A DNA stretch of 64,000 nt from a virus (lineage: Duplodnaviria; Caudoviricetes): IMG/VR virus record IMGVR_UViG_3300020598_000119; one strand, 5' to 3'. The translations under genes were made by a program, and so were the position numbers. The notes below the pieces were generated by a model. The model did no database searches. It saw only the letters and a program-made list of their open reading frames with translations, and was not told where the DNA came from. Below are positions 31,659-42,840 of this stretch, piece by piece (within the stretch, counting starts at the first letter, position 1; every line of letters begins with the position of its first letter).

Positions 31659-32717
31659 TTAATTTGCGTCAATCACATTCTTCTTAGGCTTAGATGCCAT
31701 ACTCCAAGCGGCATAGGCCAAGCCGCCCATATTGATCATCGACAGTCCAACGGCCAAGCTTATGTTGACGTCAGGCGTCCACCCCAGATAGCTCGCCGAC
31801 AACAGGGCAAAGCCACCAACGCACGCAGAAATTAGACCCAAACGTGCGGCCCGTTGCGCGAGCAATGCGCCAGCTACGCACAGCATGCCGACAAGTGTCA
31901 GAAGCAGGAAGCTATCGAGATACTTCATTTCTTCAAACGGCATAGATGCAATCGGGAGGTAATAACCGTACTGGTATATCAATGCGCTAAATACAAGGAA
32001 GGCGTTAGTACCCAAAACGGTACGCGTGTGGATGCTTGGCGGGTCCAGCTCTTTCACATGACCAAGCAGAGCATTGATCAGGATCATCACAACCAAGGGG
32101 GTCCCGAGTCCTGCTAAAACGGCCTTCCAGCCTGCAGGAGAAGTGTCTTCTGGTTCCCAGTTAATAGGAACGACCATATGAGCAGCAGACGACCTGAGAG
32201 TGGTGATTTCCTGGGCCATCTGTACCCATCTTGACCGCAGGTTCTGAGATGAAGGAGAGACAAAGTCGGCAATCAGGATGCAATCTGGTGTAAAGAGGGC
32301 CTCCATATGCCCCACCAGCGCATCTCCGACCTTATCAATCTTAGTCTCTTCAACGACCACCGACGCCACGGGATCATGAGGATGAACGGACTTCTCAGCC
32401 CATCGTCCTTGTGCCTTTGCCTTGCCCACCATAAAGCCAGCGAACTCATCGACCTTGGCTACGTATGCACTTCGGGATATGTTTCCAACGGGATCGGCGC
32501 GGCCGAATGAAAGACTGACAACCATACGTGGATCATCCACATGACTAAAAACCACTGATCCGTCTTTTTGTTTTTCCGGCGATTTAACTAGACGCGTGTT
32601 GAAATACGAACTCGATGCGACCACTTGGTTCACATCGAGCCTACACATCGCCTGAGCGGGAACCATCCCGAATAATATGATAAATACGCCGATTATAAAA
32701 GCCAACGAATTTTTCAT
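31659..32717 (-). CDS. membrane protein: periplasmic N-domain plus about 5 TM helices
   Basis: GGAGG RBS, signal peptide, hydrophobic C-terminal half. Confidence 0.75.
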   Translation of the reverse strand: MKNSLAFIIGVFIILFGMVPAQAMCRLDVNQVVASSSYFNTRLVKSPEKQKDGSVVFSHVDDPRMVVSLSFGRADPVGNISRSAYVAKVDEFAGFMVGKAKAQGRWAEKSVHPHDPVASVVVEETKIDKVGDALVGHMEALFTPDCILIADFVSPSSQNLRSRWVQMAQEITTLRSSAAHMVVPINWEPEDTSPAGWKAVLAGLGTPLVVMILINALLGHVKELDPPSIHTRTVLGTNAFLVFSALIYQYGYYLPIASMPFEEMKYLDSFLLLTLVGMLCVAGALLAQRAARLGLISACVGGFALLSASYLGWTPDVNISLAVGLSMINMGGLAYAAWSMASKPKKNVIDAN

Positions 32718-32858
32718 AAAAGAATTACCTCCCGATGCCACTGATGCGACAATTGTGCGCCCTCATAAATCTGAATTTATATTGAAATCTTGTTTTCAGT
32801 CTTGCGCAAGCGGCGATTTAAGCGCAATATTTTTTGCGTTTTTAGAGAAGGAAGATCA

Positions 32859-35321
32859 ATGCATTTTAAGCGACCGCCTGCAGAAGCATTCTCCTACAAA
32901 AATAAGGCTTCAGGCGTAACTTCAAAGGCGTCGACGCCGAACAATTTGGGCAATAGTCAGGGCGATCTTTTTGGTGCGGCTCCCAAACCTGCGTCGACAG
33001 GTTTTAGCCGACCGAATTCGTCCTCAGGTTTTGGCCTGAAAAAGTCTGTTCAGCCGGAGCAGTATGAGGACATCTCGTTGCCGCAAGCATCAGTCGCAAA
33101 AGCACCTGCTTCTCAACCTGTAGCTCCAGCCGAACCTACTTTGCAGGAAGTAATTGGTAGGGTTGAGCGTGTGATCTATGAGACGTCTGACGGTTACGCC
33201 GTTTATAGCGTCAAAATCGACGGTGGAAAATCTACGACCGTTGCGGTGACCAGCAACATCAAGGCCAAGCGCGGTGACCGTATTGTCGCAAAAGGACAGT
33301 GGTCTCAGTACAAGGGTAAGGAAACCTTCAAAGCTGCGATTTTCATGATGGAAATCGCGAAAGGGGCGAAAGGTGTCGTGGCCTGGCTTAAGATGGGTTC
33401 TGTTCCTGGCGTCGGCAAATCGACAGCCGAAAAGATCGCAAAGTTCTTTGGCGATGCCATTCTAGAGGCCGTTGTAGACCCGAACGAACTCGTAAAATCG
33501 GGCATTCCTATGCGTCGCGCTGAGGCAATTGCGGAAGCTTGGAACAGCAACGCAGCCCAACCTGAACTGATCGAATTTCTCGGCCGCTTCGGGCTTGGCG
33601 AAATGACTATCGGCAAGATCATCAAACGCTACGGTGCGGCAGCTCGCCGGGTGATCCAGACACGACCATGGGAACTCGCTGAGACCATCGATGGCATTGG
33701 ATTTGCCACAGCAGACGAAATTGCTCTCGATGCAGGACACGCCAAGGATAGCCCTGCTCGTCTCAATTCAGGTGTTCGCTACGCGCTTGACCAGAAGACA
33801 GGTCGAGAAGGACATTGTGGACTGACTATGGAAGCTCTCGTTGGCGAGGCGCGACGCCTGTTGCAGGTCGATGAGGCACTGATCGAGGAAGCGATCATCA
33901 CCGTCGTCAAAGAAGGCGGCATCGTCGATGACAAGGTGACAGGCCTCCTCTACACCGAAGGCCTCTACCAAGCCGAAAGCAGACTCGCAAAGCGTCTGCT
34001 GGACATGGTGAAAAGCGGACCTCGCATCCCAGAAGAACTCGCTCGCAAGGTCGTTGAAGAAGCTGTTGTCGAGCTGAAGGTCAATCGCGATGACAGCCAG
34101 GTCAACGCTGCCGTGATGGCTGTTATGAATCCAATTTCGATCATCACGGGTGGCCCAGGCACTGGTAAGTCGACAACCCAGAAAGTCATCGTCCACGCAA
34201 TCGAAAAGCTGGAGCAAGAAACCATTCTTGCCGCTCCCACTGGTCGTGCAGCAAAGCGCCTGTATGAGGCCTCAGGGCATCCGGCAAGCACCTGTCACCG
34301 CCTTCTTAGCTTTTCAGCAGACAAGGGCGGCTTCGAATACGATGCATCCAATCCGTTCCCAGAAGATCGTATCATCATCGACGAATTTTCGATGGTCGAT
34401 ATTCGGCTAGGACAAGCATTTATGGATGCCGTATCAGTGCATGCAGCCGTAACCATTGTCGGCGACGTCGACCAGCTCCCGTCCGTGGGTGCAGGTCAGG
34501 TGCTACGCGATCTGATTCAGTCCGGCGTGATCCCTGTTGCTCGCCTGCAGACGGTTCATCGTCAGTCGGGTGACAGCGGGATCGTCGTCGCGGCGGCTAA
34601 CATCAATGCTGGCGAACATCCTCTCAATGGCCGCGATGTCTTGAACGGCTTCGAGGTGTTTTCAGATACCAAGGCTGTTGGAGATCCCGAGTCATTCGCA
34701 AAAACTGTCGTGGATTTCATGTCGGTCAAAGTGAAAGAGCTTGGTTTTGATCCAATTTCGGATGTGCAGGTTCTATCGCCTATGCGCGTTGGCGATCTGG
34801 GAATTCTCGCTTTGAACCAGAAGCTCAAGGAGGCTCTAAATCCATCGAGCAACGCTAAGACCGTGGAAATTCGCAAACGTGAGTTCTCGGTCGGCGACCG
34901 TGTCATGCACCTGAAAAACGACTATGTGAAAAAGGTCTATAACGGTGAAGTAGGGACGATCCTGCGCGTCGGCAAGCGCCCGAACAAAGACAACAATGAA
35001 GAACCATATCTGGTTGTCGATTATTCAGGTTTCGAAGCCTTCTACGGCCCTGACGACATTCATGACATCGAACTGGCATGGGCCGCTACGGTCCATAAAA
35101 GTCAAGGGTGTGAATTTCCAGTCGTCATCTTCGTTTGCCCATGGGCGCACAAGCACATGCTGACACGCAACCTGATCTACACCGCCGTGACGCGCGCCAA
35201 GAAGCTCTGCATTGTTGTCGGCCACGATCAGGCTGTCTTACACTCTGTGAGAACGACCGAGGCCAACGAACGCTTTACGGGCTTGTCTGCGCGTCTAAAA
35301 GAAGGCAAACAGGTAGCCTGA
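32859..35321 (+). CDS. recD2: ATP-dependent RecD2-like helicase
   Basis: HhH motifs (PGVGKSTA, DGIGFATAD), GGPGTGKS, APTGRAA, IDEFSM, GDVDQLPSVG, TVHKSQG and YTAVTRA. Confidence 0.93.
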   Translation: MHFKRPPAEAFSYKNKASGVTSKASTPNNLGNSQGDLFGAAPKPASTGFSRPNSSSGFGLKKSVQPEQYEDISLPQASVAKAPASQPVAPAEPTLQEVIGRVERVIYETSDGYAVYSVKIDGGKSTTVAVTSNIKAKRGDRIVAKGQWSQYKGKETFKAAIFMMEIAKGAKGVVAWLKMGSVPGVGKSTAEKIAKFFGDAILEAVVDPNELVKSGIPMRRAEAIAEAWNSNAAQPELIEFLGRFGLGEMTIGKIIKRYGAAARRVIQTRPWELAETIDGIGFATADEIALDAGHAKDSPARLNSGVRYALDQKTGREGHCGLTMEALVGEARRLLQVDEALIEEAIITVVKEGGIVDDKVTGLLYTEGLYQAESRLAKRLLDMVKSGPRIPEELARKVVEEAVVELKVNRDDSQVNAAVMAVMNPISIITGGPGTGKSTTQKVIVHAIEKLEQETILAAPTGRAAKRLYEASGHPASTCHRLLSFSADKGGFEYDASNPFPEDRIIIDEFSMVDIRLGQAFMDAVSVHAAVTIVGDVDQLPSVGAGQVLRDLIQSGVIPVARLQTVHRQSGDSGIVVAAANINAGEHPLNGRDVLNGFEVFSDTKAVGDPESFAKTVVDFMSVKVKELGFDPISDVQVLSPMRVGDLGILALNQKLKEALNPSSNAKTVEIRKREFSVGDRVMHLKNDYVKKVYNGEVGTILRVGKRPNKDNNEEPYLVVDYSGFEAFYGPDDIHDIELAWAATVHKSQGCEFPVVIFVCPWAHKHMLTRNLIYTAVTRAKKLCIVVGHDQAVLHSVRTTEANERFTGLSARLKEGKQVA

Positions 35322-35376
35322 ATTCAAAAATGCAAATGACAGCGCTACAATAGATGAAATCGTGAGGTAAGGTTCC

Positions 35377-36510
35377 ATGATTCATCTATTGGATGCACCC
35401 ATTGCGCCACAGAATAAGTCTGAAAACATTGATGCGAGAAGCAGTCTTTTCGCGTCCGAAACCATTCATTCTGTCACGTCGGACGACGGACGCATCTGGG
35501 GACCATTCACCTCATTACAAGCATCTAAGAACTGGATCAAATTCTACTCGACTCATCGGCATAGGATTTTCACCGCTCGTGATCTCTACGAAGGCGCAAT
35601 TCAGGGCGATGCAATCTCACTAATATCAGCATCCGCTTTCGAATTTGGCACCCACCCCTTCACCGAGATTTATGACTTCTTAGAACGTCATGACAACGGG
35701 CGCGTCGTTCTTGATTTGCCGTCCAGCACCAAAGCTGTAGCAGCCAACACGGTTGTCTTGGTTGACAGACCCATGCCTAGTCATCGCATTCGGCACTTAC
35801 CAAGCCCGATTACCCCTCCAGAATACGCAAACATTCGCTTTGGCATAAAGATGTCCATACCCGCCAAGGATCGGGGTGAGATAGTCATCTTCGAAGACGA
35901 CAAAAACATACTCGTTGGATGGAGGCCAGACACCCGACACACGCGAGACATCAAGGTTCTAAGTCAGCACGACTTTATGGAAGCGGCTGAATCAGAAGCC
36001 AGACAGATAGCTAAACGATTTGATCCTCCGGCTCGGGGAAAGTCGAACCGTATTCGCGATTACCAGCGTGAATTAGTCTATCGGTGGGAATGGACGTTTG
36101 ATTACAAAAATGAGCAATTCAATACGATTGATGAATGTAGAGCTTACGCCGATCAGGTTTGCGAGGAGTTAGGCGTCAAGGAAGTGCCGATCAAAGCAGG
36201 GCCATCGAATTTAGAAACTCATAGCTACTTCTCTGCGACCAAAGGAATAGTGCTCGCCAGCCACATGATGAACAGTGGCACAATAATCCATGAACTCGCC
36301 CATTATGTAGTGAAATTAGATCGAAAAGTTCGTGAAGCTTCGCATGGACCGACATTTGTCGGAACACTTGCGGCTATGTACGCCAAATTCTTGGATGCCG
36401 ATCTGGATGAGGCGTTCCTGTCTGCTCGAAATCTCGGAATTGATTGCAATGAGGAAAAGGGAAGGGAGCTTTTCGAAAAGATGGAGGAAAAGTCGTCATT
36501 CAAGCCGTAG
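35377..36510 (+). CDS. hypothetical protein with C-terminal SprT-like zinc metalloprotease motif
   Basis: IIHELAH...SHGPTF. Confidence 0.7.
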   Translation: MIHLLDAPIAPQNKSENIDARSSLFASETIHSVTSDDGRIWGPFTSLQASKNWIKFYSTHRHRIFTARDLYEGAIQGDAISLISASAFEFGTHPFTEIYDFLERHDNGRVVLDLPSSTKAVAANTVVLVDRPMPSHRIRHLPSPITPPEYANIRFGIKMSIPAKDRGEIVIFEDDKNILVGWRPDTRHTRDIKVLSQHDFMEAAESEARQIAKRFDPPARGKSNRIRDYQRELVYRWEWTFDYKNEQFNTIDECRAYADQVCEELGVKEVPIKAGPSNLETHSYFSATKGIVLASHMMNSGTIIHELAHYVVKLDRKVREASHGPTFVGTLAAMYAKFLDADLDEAFLSARNLGIDCNEEKGRELFEKMEEKSSFKP

Positions 36511-36568
36511 GAGTTTAGATATATTCAAAAAGATTGACTACGATTGACGAAAGGATCGGTCAATTCAC

Positions 36569-37327
36569 ATGCATCAGAAATTCAAAACTTCAGACCATAT
36601 TACTGACTATGCAATTGGCGACGTCCACGGCTGTGTTGAGCAGCTCAGGATCGCACTCGATTGGTGCGCCGCCGACGCTTTACAAAGCGGGACCAGAGGC
36701 AGAGTGCATTTGCTTGGTGACTACGTCGACCGAGGCCCAAGCTCCAGAGAAGTCATAAACCTCTTGATTGCAGGACCTCAAGAAAGTCACATGTCCTGGC
36801 ATCCCATCAAGGGGAATCATGACGACATGTTCTCGTCTGTCTGGTTCGACCCTTCACACAATCTGGCAACAGCATGGTGGGAGCATGGTGGGCAACAAAC
36901 TCTGCAGAGTTACGGCTGGAACCCGCTCTACAACCCGATCCCAGATACCTTGGATGAGTTTGTTCCAGAGGAACATGCTGAATTCCTGCGGTCGCTTCCC
37001 ATGACGGCGGAAACTGACACGCACATCTACGTCCATGCTGGGCTAAGGCCAGGCGTCGATCTGGAGAAGCAGTCGCTCCATGACATGATGTGGATCAGAG
37101 GCGAGTTCAATCGCTCGTCTCATGACTTCGGAAAGGTCGTCGTATACGGCCACACGCCCGATAAGAAGAACCCTTGCGATTATGGGAACAGGATCGCAAT
37201 GGACAGCGGCTGTTTCGGTAGCGGCGTACTGTCGGTCGTAGCTTTCGACGATAGCGGGCGCAATCTTCGCTTCCAAACCATAACCCTTGAAAGCACGGTC
37301 GAGAACGTAGCTTCACCAAAACCCTGA
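36569..37327 (+). CDS. metallophosphoesterase (Ser/Thr protein phosphatase family)
   Basis: GDVHG, GDYVDRG, GNHD, HAG, GHTP and DSG motifs. Confidence 0.93.
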   Translation: MHQKFKTSDHITDYAIGDVHGCVEQLRIALDWCAADALQSGTRGRVHLLGDYVDRGPSSREVINLLIAGPQESHMSWHPIKGNHDDMFSSVWFDPSHNLATAWWEHGGQQTLQSYGWNPLYNPIPDTLDEFVPEEHAEFLRSLPMTAETDTHIYVHAGLRPGVDLEKQSLHDMMWIRGEFNRSSHDFGKVVVYGHTPDKKNPCDYGNRIAMDSGCFGSGVLSVVAFDDSGRNLRFQTITLESTVENVASPKP

Positions 37328-37468
37328 TAGTTTGCGAGCCTGTCAAACTGTCAGGTTGGTTGCCCCATACACCTCGGTAGCGTGCATTCCAACCATCCTA
37401 ACTCTCATCGAGAGAAAACGCAGAGTTTGTCAGTCACACAAACTGATAGTTTTGCAGACAAACAAAAA

Positions 37469-37484
37469 GTGGCCCGAAGGCCAC
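37469..37484 (-). terminator. intrinsic terminator
   Basis: GTGGCC-TTCG-GGCCAC followed by TTTT on the minus strand. Confidence 0.7.
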
Positions 37485-37508
37485 CATTCTCTTCCATGCT
37501 GGAGCCGT

Positions 37509-38441
37509 TTAGCCTGGACGGCCAAACCCACCTGGGCGACCAAACCCGCCACCCATAGGACGACCAAAGCCAGTTGGCTTTGAAGCTGGGGCAGGAGCTG
37601 GCTTAACGGATGCTTCAGGAGCCTCCTCTTCGACCGGCGCTGCAGGCTCATCATCAAGCACGTCCGACTGGCTTTCATCCAAGCCTTCCTCGGCTTCGTT
37701 ACCAGCAGGCGCGTCTTCAGCTAACGGCTCATCGTCAACCACTTCACCGAAAACGTAATCGTCTTCGTCAGCAGGTGCTTCTTGGCCAACGCCGGATACC
37801 TCAGCAACCTCCTCGTGAGCAGCCTCCTCCTTAGGGGCGTCACCAGCGAACTGCATCGCGTCTTCAACGCGGTTCATAGAAGAGAACTTCTTCAAAGCAG
37901 TCGCCTCAGGCGACGCAGAAGGCTCCTCAGCCGAAGAGACGTCGAAATCGTCCGGAATTTCATCATACCGATTGAGGCTTTCAACGATCTCCGAAACTTC
38001 ATCGATCATGTTGCAAGTACGCCCCGCTTGCGCGAGCAACTCACGATAGGCGGAACGGAAATCGCCGTCCGCTCGGAATGCCTCGGCACGATGAAAAGCA
38101 GCCAAAGAATCCTGGCGAATTTTTTGGAGTTCTAGAGCTGGGCCAAGGAGGAATTGAAACTGATCGATCTCAAATTGTCGATAAGTAAACTTCTTACCTT
38201 CCTTCTCATGCTCTCTATTTTTCCAATCACCATGAAGGTCAACGGTAACACTGCGCTCAGACAGGTCCGTAGTTGGATCGCAAATTTTATAAAGGCTTTT
38301 CAAAATATTATCGGCCGTAAACCCAAACGCAATAGCCTGGCTTTTACGGCCATTCTTATCAAAACCATTAAGAGCGATCCGAGTGCGGCCATTAGATGCA
38401 ACACTCTGACTGACTGACTTAATCTCTAGGAGTAATCGCAT
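37509..38441 (-). CDS. hypothetical protein, OB-fold-like N-domain, acidic linker, GFGRP repeats
   Basis: GGAG RBS; AIAFG..A...V.LHG.W......FEID pattern reminiscent of SSB-type OB folds. Confidence 0.7.
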   Translation of the reverse strand: MRLLLEIKSVSQSVASNGRTRIALNGFDKNGRKSQAIAFGFTADNILKSLYKICDPTTDLSERSVTVDLHGDWKNREHEKEGKKFTYRQFEIDQFQFLLGPALELQKIRQDSLAAFHRAEAFRADGDFRSAYRELLAQAGRTCNMIDEVSEIVESLNRYDEIPDDFDVSSAEEPSASPEATALKKFSSMNRVEDAMQFAGDAPKEEAAHEEVAEVSGVGQEAPADEDDYVFGEVVDDEPLAEDAPAGNEAEEGLDESQSDVLDDEPAAPVEEEAPEASVKPAPAPASKPTGFGRPMGGGFGRPGGFGRPG

Positions 38442-38617
38442 ACCCACAATCTCCATATCAAAAAATGCTCGATTTCCTTCATAGTCGTCGTTATTTTTGC
38501 AAGGAACCAGAACGCCATTTCCGATCAAAAGGTCAAAAATTCAACACAGCTATTGCGACGAGACAACTGTGGTGGTTTCATAAATTATAAGAGGTCTCTT
38601 CAGAGAGGATATTTGTC

Positions 38618-39094
38618 ATGATCAAAACCGCCACCCTGTGTGCCACTATTATTTTGGGGACGGTTTACGCGTCTGCAGCCCAACAAAGCTTTGATGATTG
38701 GTCCGTGTTTTCAGGGAACGGGGCATGCTGGGCAAGCACAATGCCACATCATAGTGAGAGTACCTTCGAAAATCGAAGCACTCCATATTTATCAATCCAG
38801 AATCATCCATCTGAGGGCGTGAGAGGCTCGATAGCCGTCACCAATGGCGGCGTTGATGCAAGCCAAATGAAGGCGGTCATTGACGTAGACGGCAAGCAAT
38901 TCGCTACTCTCACCTACGCAGAAGCTGCTTTTGTTGGAACGGGCAAACCAGAGACGAACCTTACTGCCGCCATGCTACGCGGAAAAGAGTTCAAAGTTAC
39001 TTGGACGGACAAAGACGGGAAAAGCGCCGAAGACAGATATAGCCTGACAGGGTTTTCAGCCGCAAAAAACGAAATTGACCAAAACTGCAAATAA
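38618..39094 (+). CDS. invasion-associated locus B (IalB)-like secreted protein
   Basis: Signal peptide, FDDWSVF...C, AM.RG...V, D.YSL.GFSAA...I...C. Confidence 0.75.
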   Translation: MIKTATLCATIILGTVYASAAQQSFDDWSVFSGNGACWASTMPHHSESTFENRSTPYLSIQNHPSEGVRGSIAVTNGGVDASQMKAVIDVDGKQFATLTYAEAAFVGTGKPETNLTAAMLRGKEFKVTWTDKDGKSAEDRYSLTGFSAAKNEIDQNCK

Positions 39095-39110
39095 GAAAAC
39101 CAATTTAACG

Positions 39111-39148
39111 AAAAAGGCCAGCAAGAGGACTTCTTAGCTGGCCTTTTT
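39111..39148. terminator. bidirectional terminator
   Basis: AAAAAGGCCAGC...GCTGGCCTTTTT. Confidence 0.8.
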
Positions 39149-39172
39149 GTTGTTCATTTTTGAGGAAAGCAT

Positions 39173-39790
39173 TTATTTTTCTAGGGCAGTCGAACCAGCT
39201 TTTACGAGGACCAAGAAATTCTCAGGCGAAATAAAGCCGTCAAACTTCTCACCGTTGATAAAGAAGGTCGGAGTCGATGCTACTCCATTATCAATCGCCT
39301 TCGTCATGCCGTTTACAATTTCATTGGCCAGCTCTGAATTCGAAGCGCACTTCAGCATTTCAGCTGCATCAATCCTGTCGCCAAACTTCGATTGAAGAAC
39401 TGGAACCATTTTCTTGATGTCTGGTGCCCAGACAGCAACTTGGTCGAATAGCGTGGAAACAACCTCAAATCGAATGTCTTCGGGAGCACAGGAAGCTGCA
39501 AGAGACCCAGCCAGCGCGGATTGATCGAGCGGAAGATGACGATAAATCAACTTTGCCTCTCCGGTGTCGATCAACTGCTGTTTGAAGGAAGCCATAGTTT
39601 CCTTATGAAATCGGCCGCAATGAGGACAAGTCAACGAAGCGTACTCAACGACTGTGATTGGAGCTGAAGGATTACCCACAATTATGTCGTGAGGCATTGG
39701 GGCATACGGGTCCCACTTGCTATCGACAGCCATAGCCACGGAAACAAGAGAACCAAGTGCCACCAGGACCAACAAAGCTAATTTTCGCAT
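39173..39790 (-). CDS. DsbA family protein
   Basis: Signal peptide, EYASLTCPHC and GVASTPTFFING. Confidence 0.9.
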   Translation of the reverse strand: MRKLALLVLVALGSLVSVAMAVDSKWDPYAPMPHDIIVGNPSAPITVVEYASLTCPHCGRFHKETMASFKQQLIDTGEAKLIYRHLPLDQSALAGSLAASCAPEDIRFEVVSTLFDQVAVWAPDIKKMVPVLQSKFGDRIDAAEMLKCASNSELANEIVNGMTKAIDNGVASTPTFFINGEKFDGFISPENFLVLVKAGSTALEK

Positions 39791-39791
39791 C

Positions 39792-40268
39792 TTATTCTCC
39801 TGATTTAGCGAGGCGGGCCTGCTCATTGGCAAGCTTGTCGCATCGCTCGTTAAGTTCAATTCCGATATGACCGCGAACGTGCTTCCATTTAACCTTTCGA
39901 TTGGAGACTTCGCGATCAAGACGTTGCCAGAGTTCAAGATTTTTTACTGGCTCACCGTCAGCTTTTTTCCAGCCACGACGCTTCCAGCCAAAAATCCACG
40001 ACGTCATGCCATCAACGACATACTTTGAATCCGTGCAGACAGTGACATCTACCCCCAAGGGGAGTTGAGCCAACCCTTCGGCGGCGGCAAGCATTTCCAT
40101 TCGCTGGTTGGTGGAACGTTTCTCGCGACCAGTTACGACCGCGAGTTCCTTTCCATCGGGATCAAACGCAATGGCAGCGTATCCACCTGCGCCGGGGTTC
40201 CCAAGACAGGAACCATCGGACCAGACCTGAAAACCACCTATCCCATTATTCATCCGAACCGCCGTCAT
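39792..40268 (-). CDS. rnhA: ribonuclease HI
   Basis: [30 protein letters not shown]...NE.CD.LA. Confidence 0.95.
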   Translation of the reverse strand: MTAVRMNNGIGGFQVWSDGSCLGNPGAGGYAAIAFDPDGKELAVVTGREKRSTNQRMEMLAAAEGLAQLPLGVDVTVCTDSKYVVDGMTSWIFGWKRRGWKKADGEPVKNLELWQRLDREVSNRKVKWKHVRGHIGIELNERCDKLANEQARLAKSGE

Positions 40269-41322
40269 CTGACATGTCGCCAGTCAGCAGAGATTCGGAA
40301 ATTTCATCCTGCTCGCCGCGAATCTTTGCCTCGATTTCATCCGCGACTTCGGGGTTGTCACGCAGATACTGCTTGGCATTTTCACGACCCTGGCCGAGGC
40401 GCTGCGAATTATATGAGAACCACGCACCCGACTTTTCAACGAGGCCAGCCTTCAGACCGAGGTCAATGAGTTCGCCCACCTTCGACACGCCTTCGCCGTA
40501 CAGGATGTCGAACTCAACCTGCTTGAACGGAGCAGCCAGCTTGTTCTTGACGACCTTTACCTTGGTCTGGTTGCCGACGACCTCGTCGCGATCCTTGATC
40601 GAGCCAATACGGCGAATATCGAGACGAACCGATGCATAAAACTTCAGCGCGTTGCCGCCAGTCGTGGTTTCAGGAGAACCGAACATAACTCCGATCTTCA
40701 TGCGAATCTGGTTGATGAAGATGACCATACAGTTCGAACGCGAGATCGAAGCGGTGAGCTTGCGTAGCGCTTGGCTCATCAGACGCGCCTGCAGACCTGG
40801 CAAGGAATCACCCATTTCGCCTTCAATTTCAGCCTTCGGGACGAGAGCGGCAACCGAGTCGACAACAAGAACATCTACCGCACCGGAGCGCACCAGAGTG
40901 TCAGTGATTTCCAGAGCCTGTTCGCCAGTGTCGGGCTGAGAAACCAGAAGATTTTCCAGGTCAACGCCAAGCTTGCGGGCATAGATTGGATCGAGGGCAT
41001 GTTCTGCGTCAACGAATGCGCAGGTGCCGCCGTTCTTCTGGGCCTCGGCAATCGTGTGCAGCGCGAGCGTGGTCTTGCCGGAGCTTTCCGGGCCATAAAT
41101 TTCGATAATACGACCGCGAGGGAAACCACCGATACCAAGCGCGATGTCGAGCGAGAGCGAACCTGTCGACACGACTTCTGTTTCAACCTTTGAATTTGCA
41201 CCAAGGGTCATAATGGACCCCTTGCCATGCGCACGCTCGATCTGCGAGAGGGCGCTTTCAAGGCTCTTTCGACGTGCGTCGATGTCACCGCCATTTTCGA
41301 TAGAATTAAGCTTCTTTGTCAT
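40246..41322 (-). CDS. recA: recombinase RecA
   Basis: [28 protein letters not shown] and [14 protein letters not shown]; sequence style of Rhizobiaceae RecA. Confidence 0.98.
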   Translation of the reverse strand: MTKKLNSIENGGDIDARRKSLESALSQIERAHGKGSIMTLGANSKVETEVVSTGSLSLDIALGIGGFPRGRIIEIYGPESSGKTTLALHTIAEAQKNGGTCAFVDAEHALDPIYARKLGVDLENLLVSQPDTGEQALEITDTLVRSGAVDVLVVDSVAALVPKAEIEGEMGDSLPGLQARLMSQALRKLTASISRSNCMVIFINQIRMKIGVMFGSPETTTGGNALKFYASVRLDIRRIGSIKDRDEVVGNQTKVKVVKNKLAAPFKQVEFDILYGEGVSKVGELIDLGLKAGLVEKSGAWFSYNSQRLGQGRENAKQYLRDNPEVADEIEAKIRGEQDEISESLLTGDMSDDGGSDE

Positions 41323-41455
41323 TAAATGCTCCGTTGCAAGGAATATTCACAGGAATATCCATTGGGTAAAAATGTTGACACACATCAGAAAGATGCGCAA
41401 CAAAAAAGCACGAGCTATGCAGAAAATAGCCCGTGCCCATATTATTTAAACAAAA

Positions 41456-42766
41456 TTATCGACCGAATTTCGGCAGGTCGCTGCCGTACTCAGTCTCTTG
41501 ATCTTGCTTGGCCTCCAGTTTGTTCTCGAATTCAACAATATTCCCGCGACGGTCATAATGCTTCAGCGAACCGTCATCGAGAATTTCGGTATATCCTTCG
41601 ACGACACCGTGAACATTTTCGCGATCATAGCGGCCCGCAGGCATATCACTAAACTGAATCTGGGTAGCTTCGTCAAAATCCCGATCATATACAACGAACT
41701 CATTCGAAGTCTCAGCATACATACGGATGCTCAGATTGCGCGTAGATTCATAGTTTTCTTCGAGTTCATAGCCGAAATCGCCGAACGAGCTGACATTTGG
41801 ATCGCTTGTCTTTGCAGCAAATGGCTCCGGTTCCTTACGCAAGAACTGTGACAGGTCAAATTCCTGAGTGCTTTCCTGCGTTTTGCCATCAAGGGAAGCT
41901 TCGCGCGCTTGCTTCGACTTAATCTTGCTTTCGATGGTTTCGACGAGGCCCAAACCTCCGAACGCGTTAGCCAACGCATCGTGCTTTAGGCCTGAATGAA
42001 CCACCTCGGCCTTCAAGGACTCCATTTTTTTCAAGAACGGAAGACCTGGAACTCGGCGTCCATTGATCGTGCCATCATCAGTCGGGAGTATGAGTTCAAT
42101 ACCCTGCTGTTTCGCCGCCCCTACAATCTCATGCATGGTCCGGCGATCATTCTGGTCAGCAAAGACCTTGCCTACATAAGCCTGCCCCTTGGAGATGGAG
42201 TAGCCGATATTCCCGCGAGAGTTGGACAGGGACATGGACATGCCTTCCCAACTGCCGAAAGCCTTTGCTGGCTCAGCCGTGCCGATTTCGCGGCGCAGAT
42301 CCCCACGGAGCTTCTCCTCAAGCATATTCCAGTAAGACAGACGCTTGTCGACGGCAGCAGCAGGCGTAGCCGCGCTGGACTTGGTGTCCACAAGCATGTT
42401 CATAGGGCCTGGAGGCAGTTTCCAAGTTTCGAGGCGCAGGAAGCGCTCAGAAAGGTATTCCTTGAGTTCAGTGATGCTCTCTGGTTTGAACTTGTTTTCG
42501 ACGAATTCCGAAATGCGTTTGCGCGCATCCTCTATCGTGAAAAGGATCGATGATCTGGCGATTGGCTTGGCATTGGCCTTGAATTTGTCAGCAGACGCGA
42601 GGACACCGAAATTTCCAAACGGATTGTCTATCTTCTTTGTTGCTGCCATCGAAGGTGCAACGAGCGAAGTTGTCCCCATCAGGTTTTTCGTCAAGTCGGA
42701 CAGAGTGCTGGTGAGCCTCTTCAAGAACGAGGCATTTTGTGGTCGGGACATCGCCATCGTTGCCAT
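41456..42766 (-). CDS. hypothetical protein (436 aa)
   Basis: GGAGGAG RBS, long clean ORF, no motif recognised. Confidence 0.8.
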   Translation of the reverse strand: MATMAMSRPQNASFLKRLTSTLSDLTKNLMGTTSLVAPSMAATKKIDNPFGNFGVLASADKFKANAKPIARSSILFTIEDARKRISEFVENKFKPESITELKEYLSERFLRLETWKLPPGPMNMLVDTKSSAATPAAAVDKRLSYWNMLEEKLRGDLRREIGTAEPAKAFGSWEGMSMSLSNSRGNIGYSISKGQAYVGKVFADQNDRRTMHEIVGAAKQQGIELILPTDDGTINGRRVPGLPFLKKMESLKAEVVHSGLKHDALANAFGGLGLVETIESKIKSKQAREASLDGKTQESTQEFDLSQFLRKEPEPFAAKTSDPNVSSFGDFGYELEENYESTRNLSIRMYAETSNEFVVYDRDFDEATQIQFSDMPAGRYDRENVHGVVEGYTEILDDGSLKHYDRRGNIVEFENKLEAKQDQETEYGSDLPKFGR

Positions 42767-42840
42767 GTGTCGTCTCCTCCATGATCATCAATATTCAGGA
42801 GATTATGACGACCACAAAGGCAAATAACTAATGCCGGTGC

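Noticed and set aside
37323-37460. Repeated CTGATAGTTT words as an iteron or ncRNA
   Set aside because: Only two direct copies and one inverted copy, explainable as terminator hairpins between convergent genes.
41339-41360. LexA box upstream of recA
   Set aside because: The AGGAATAT direct repeat has a 12-nt period and does not match the alphaproteobacterial GTTC-N7-GTTC box.
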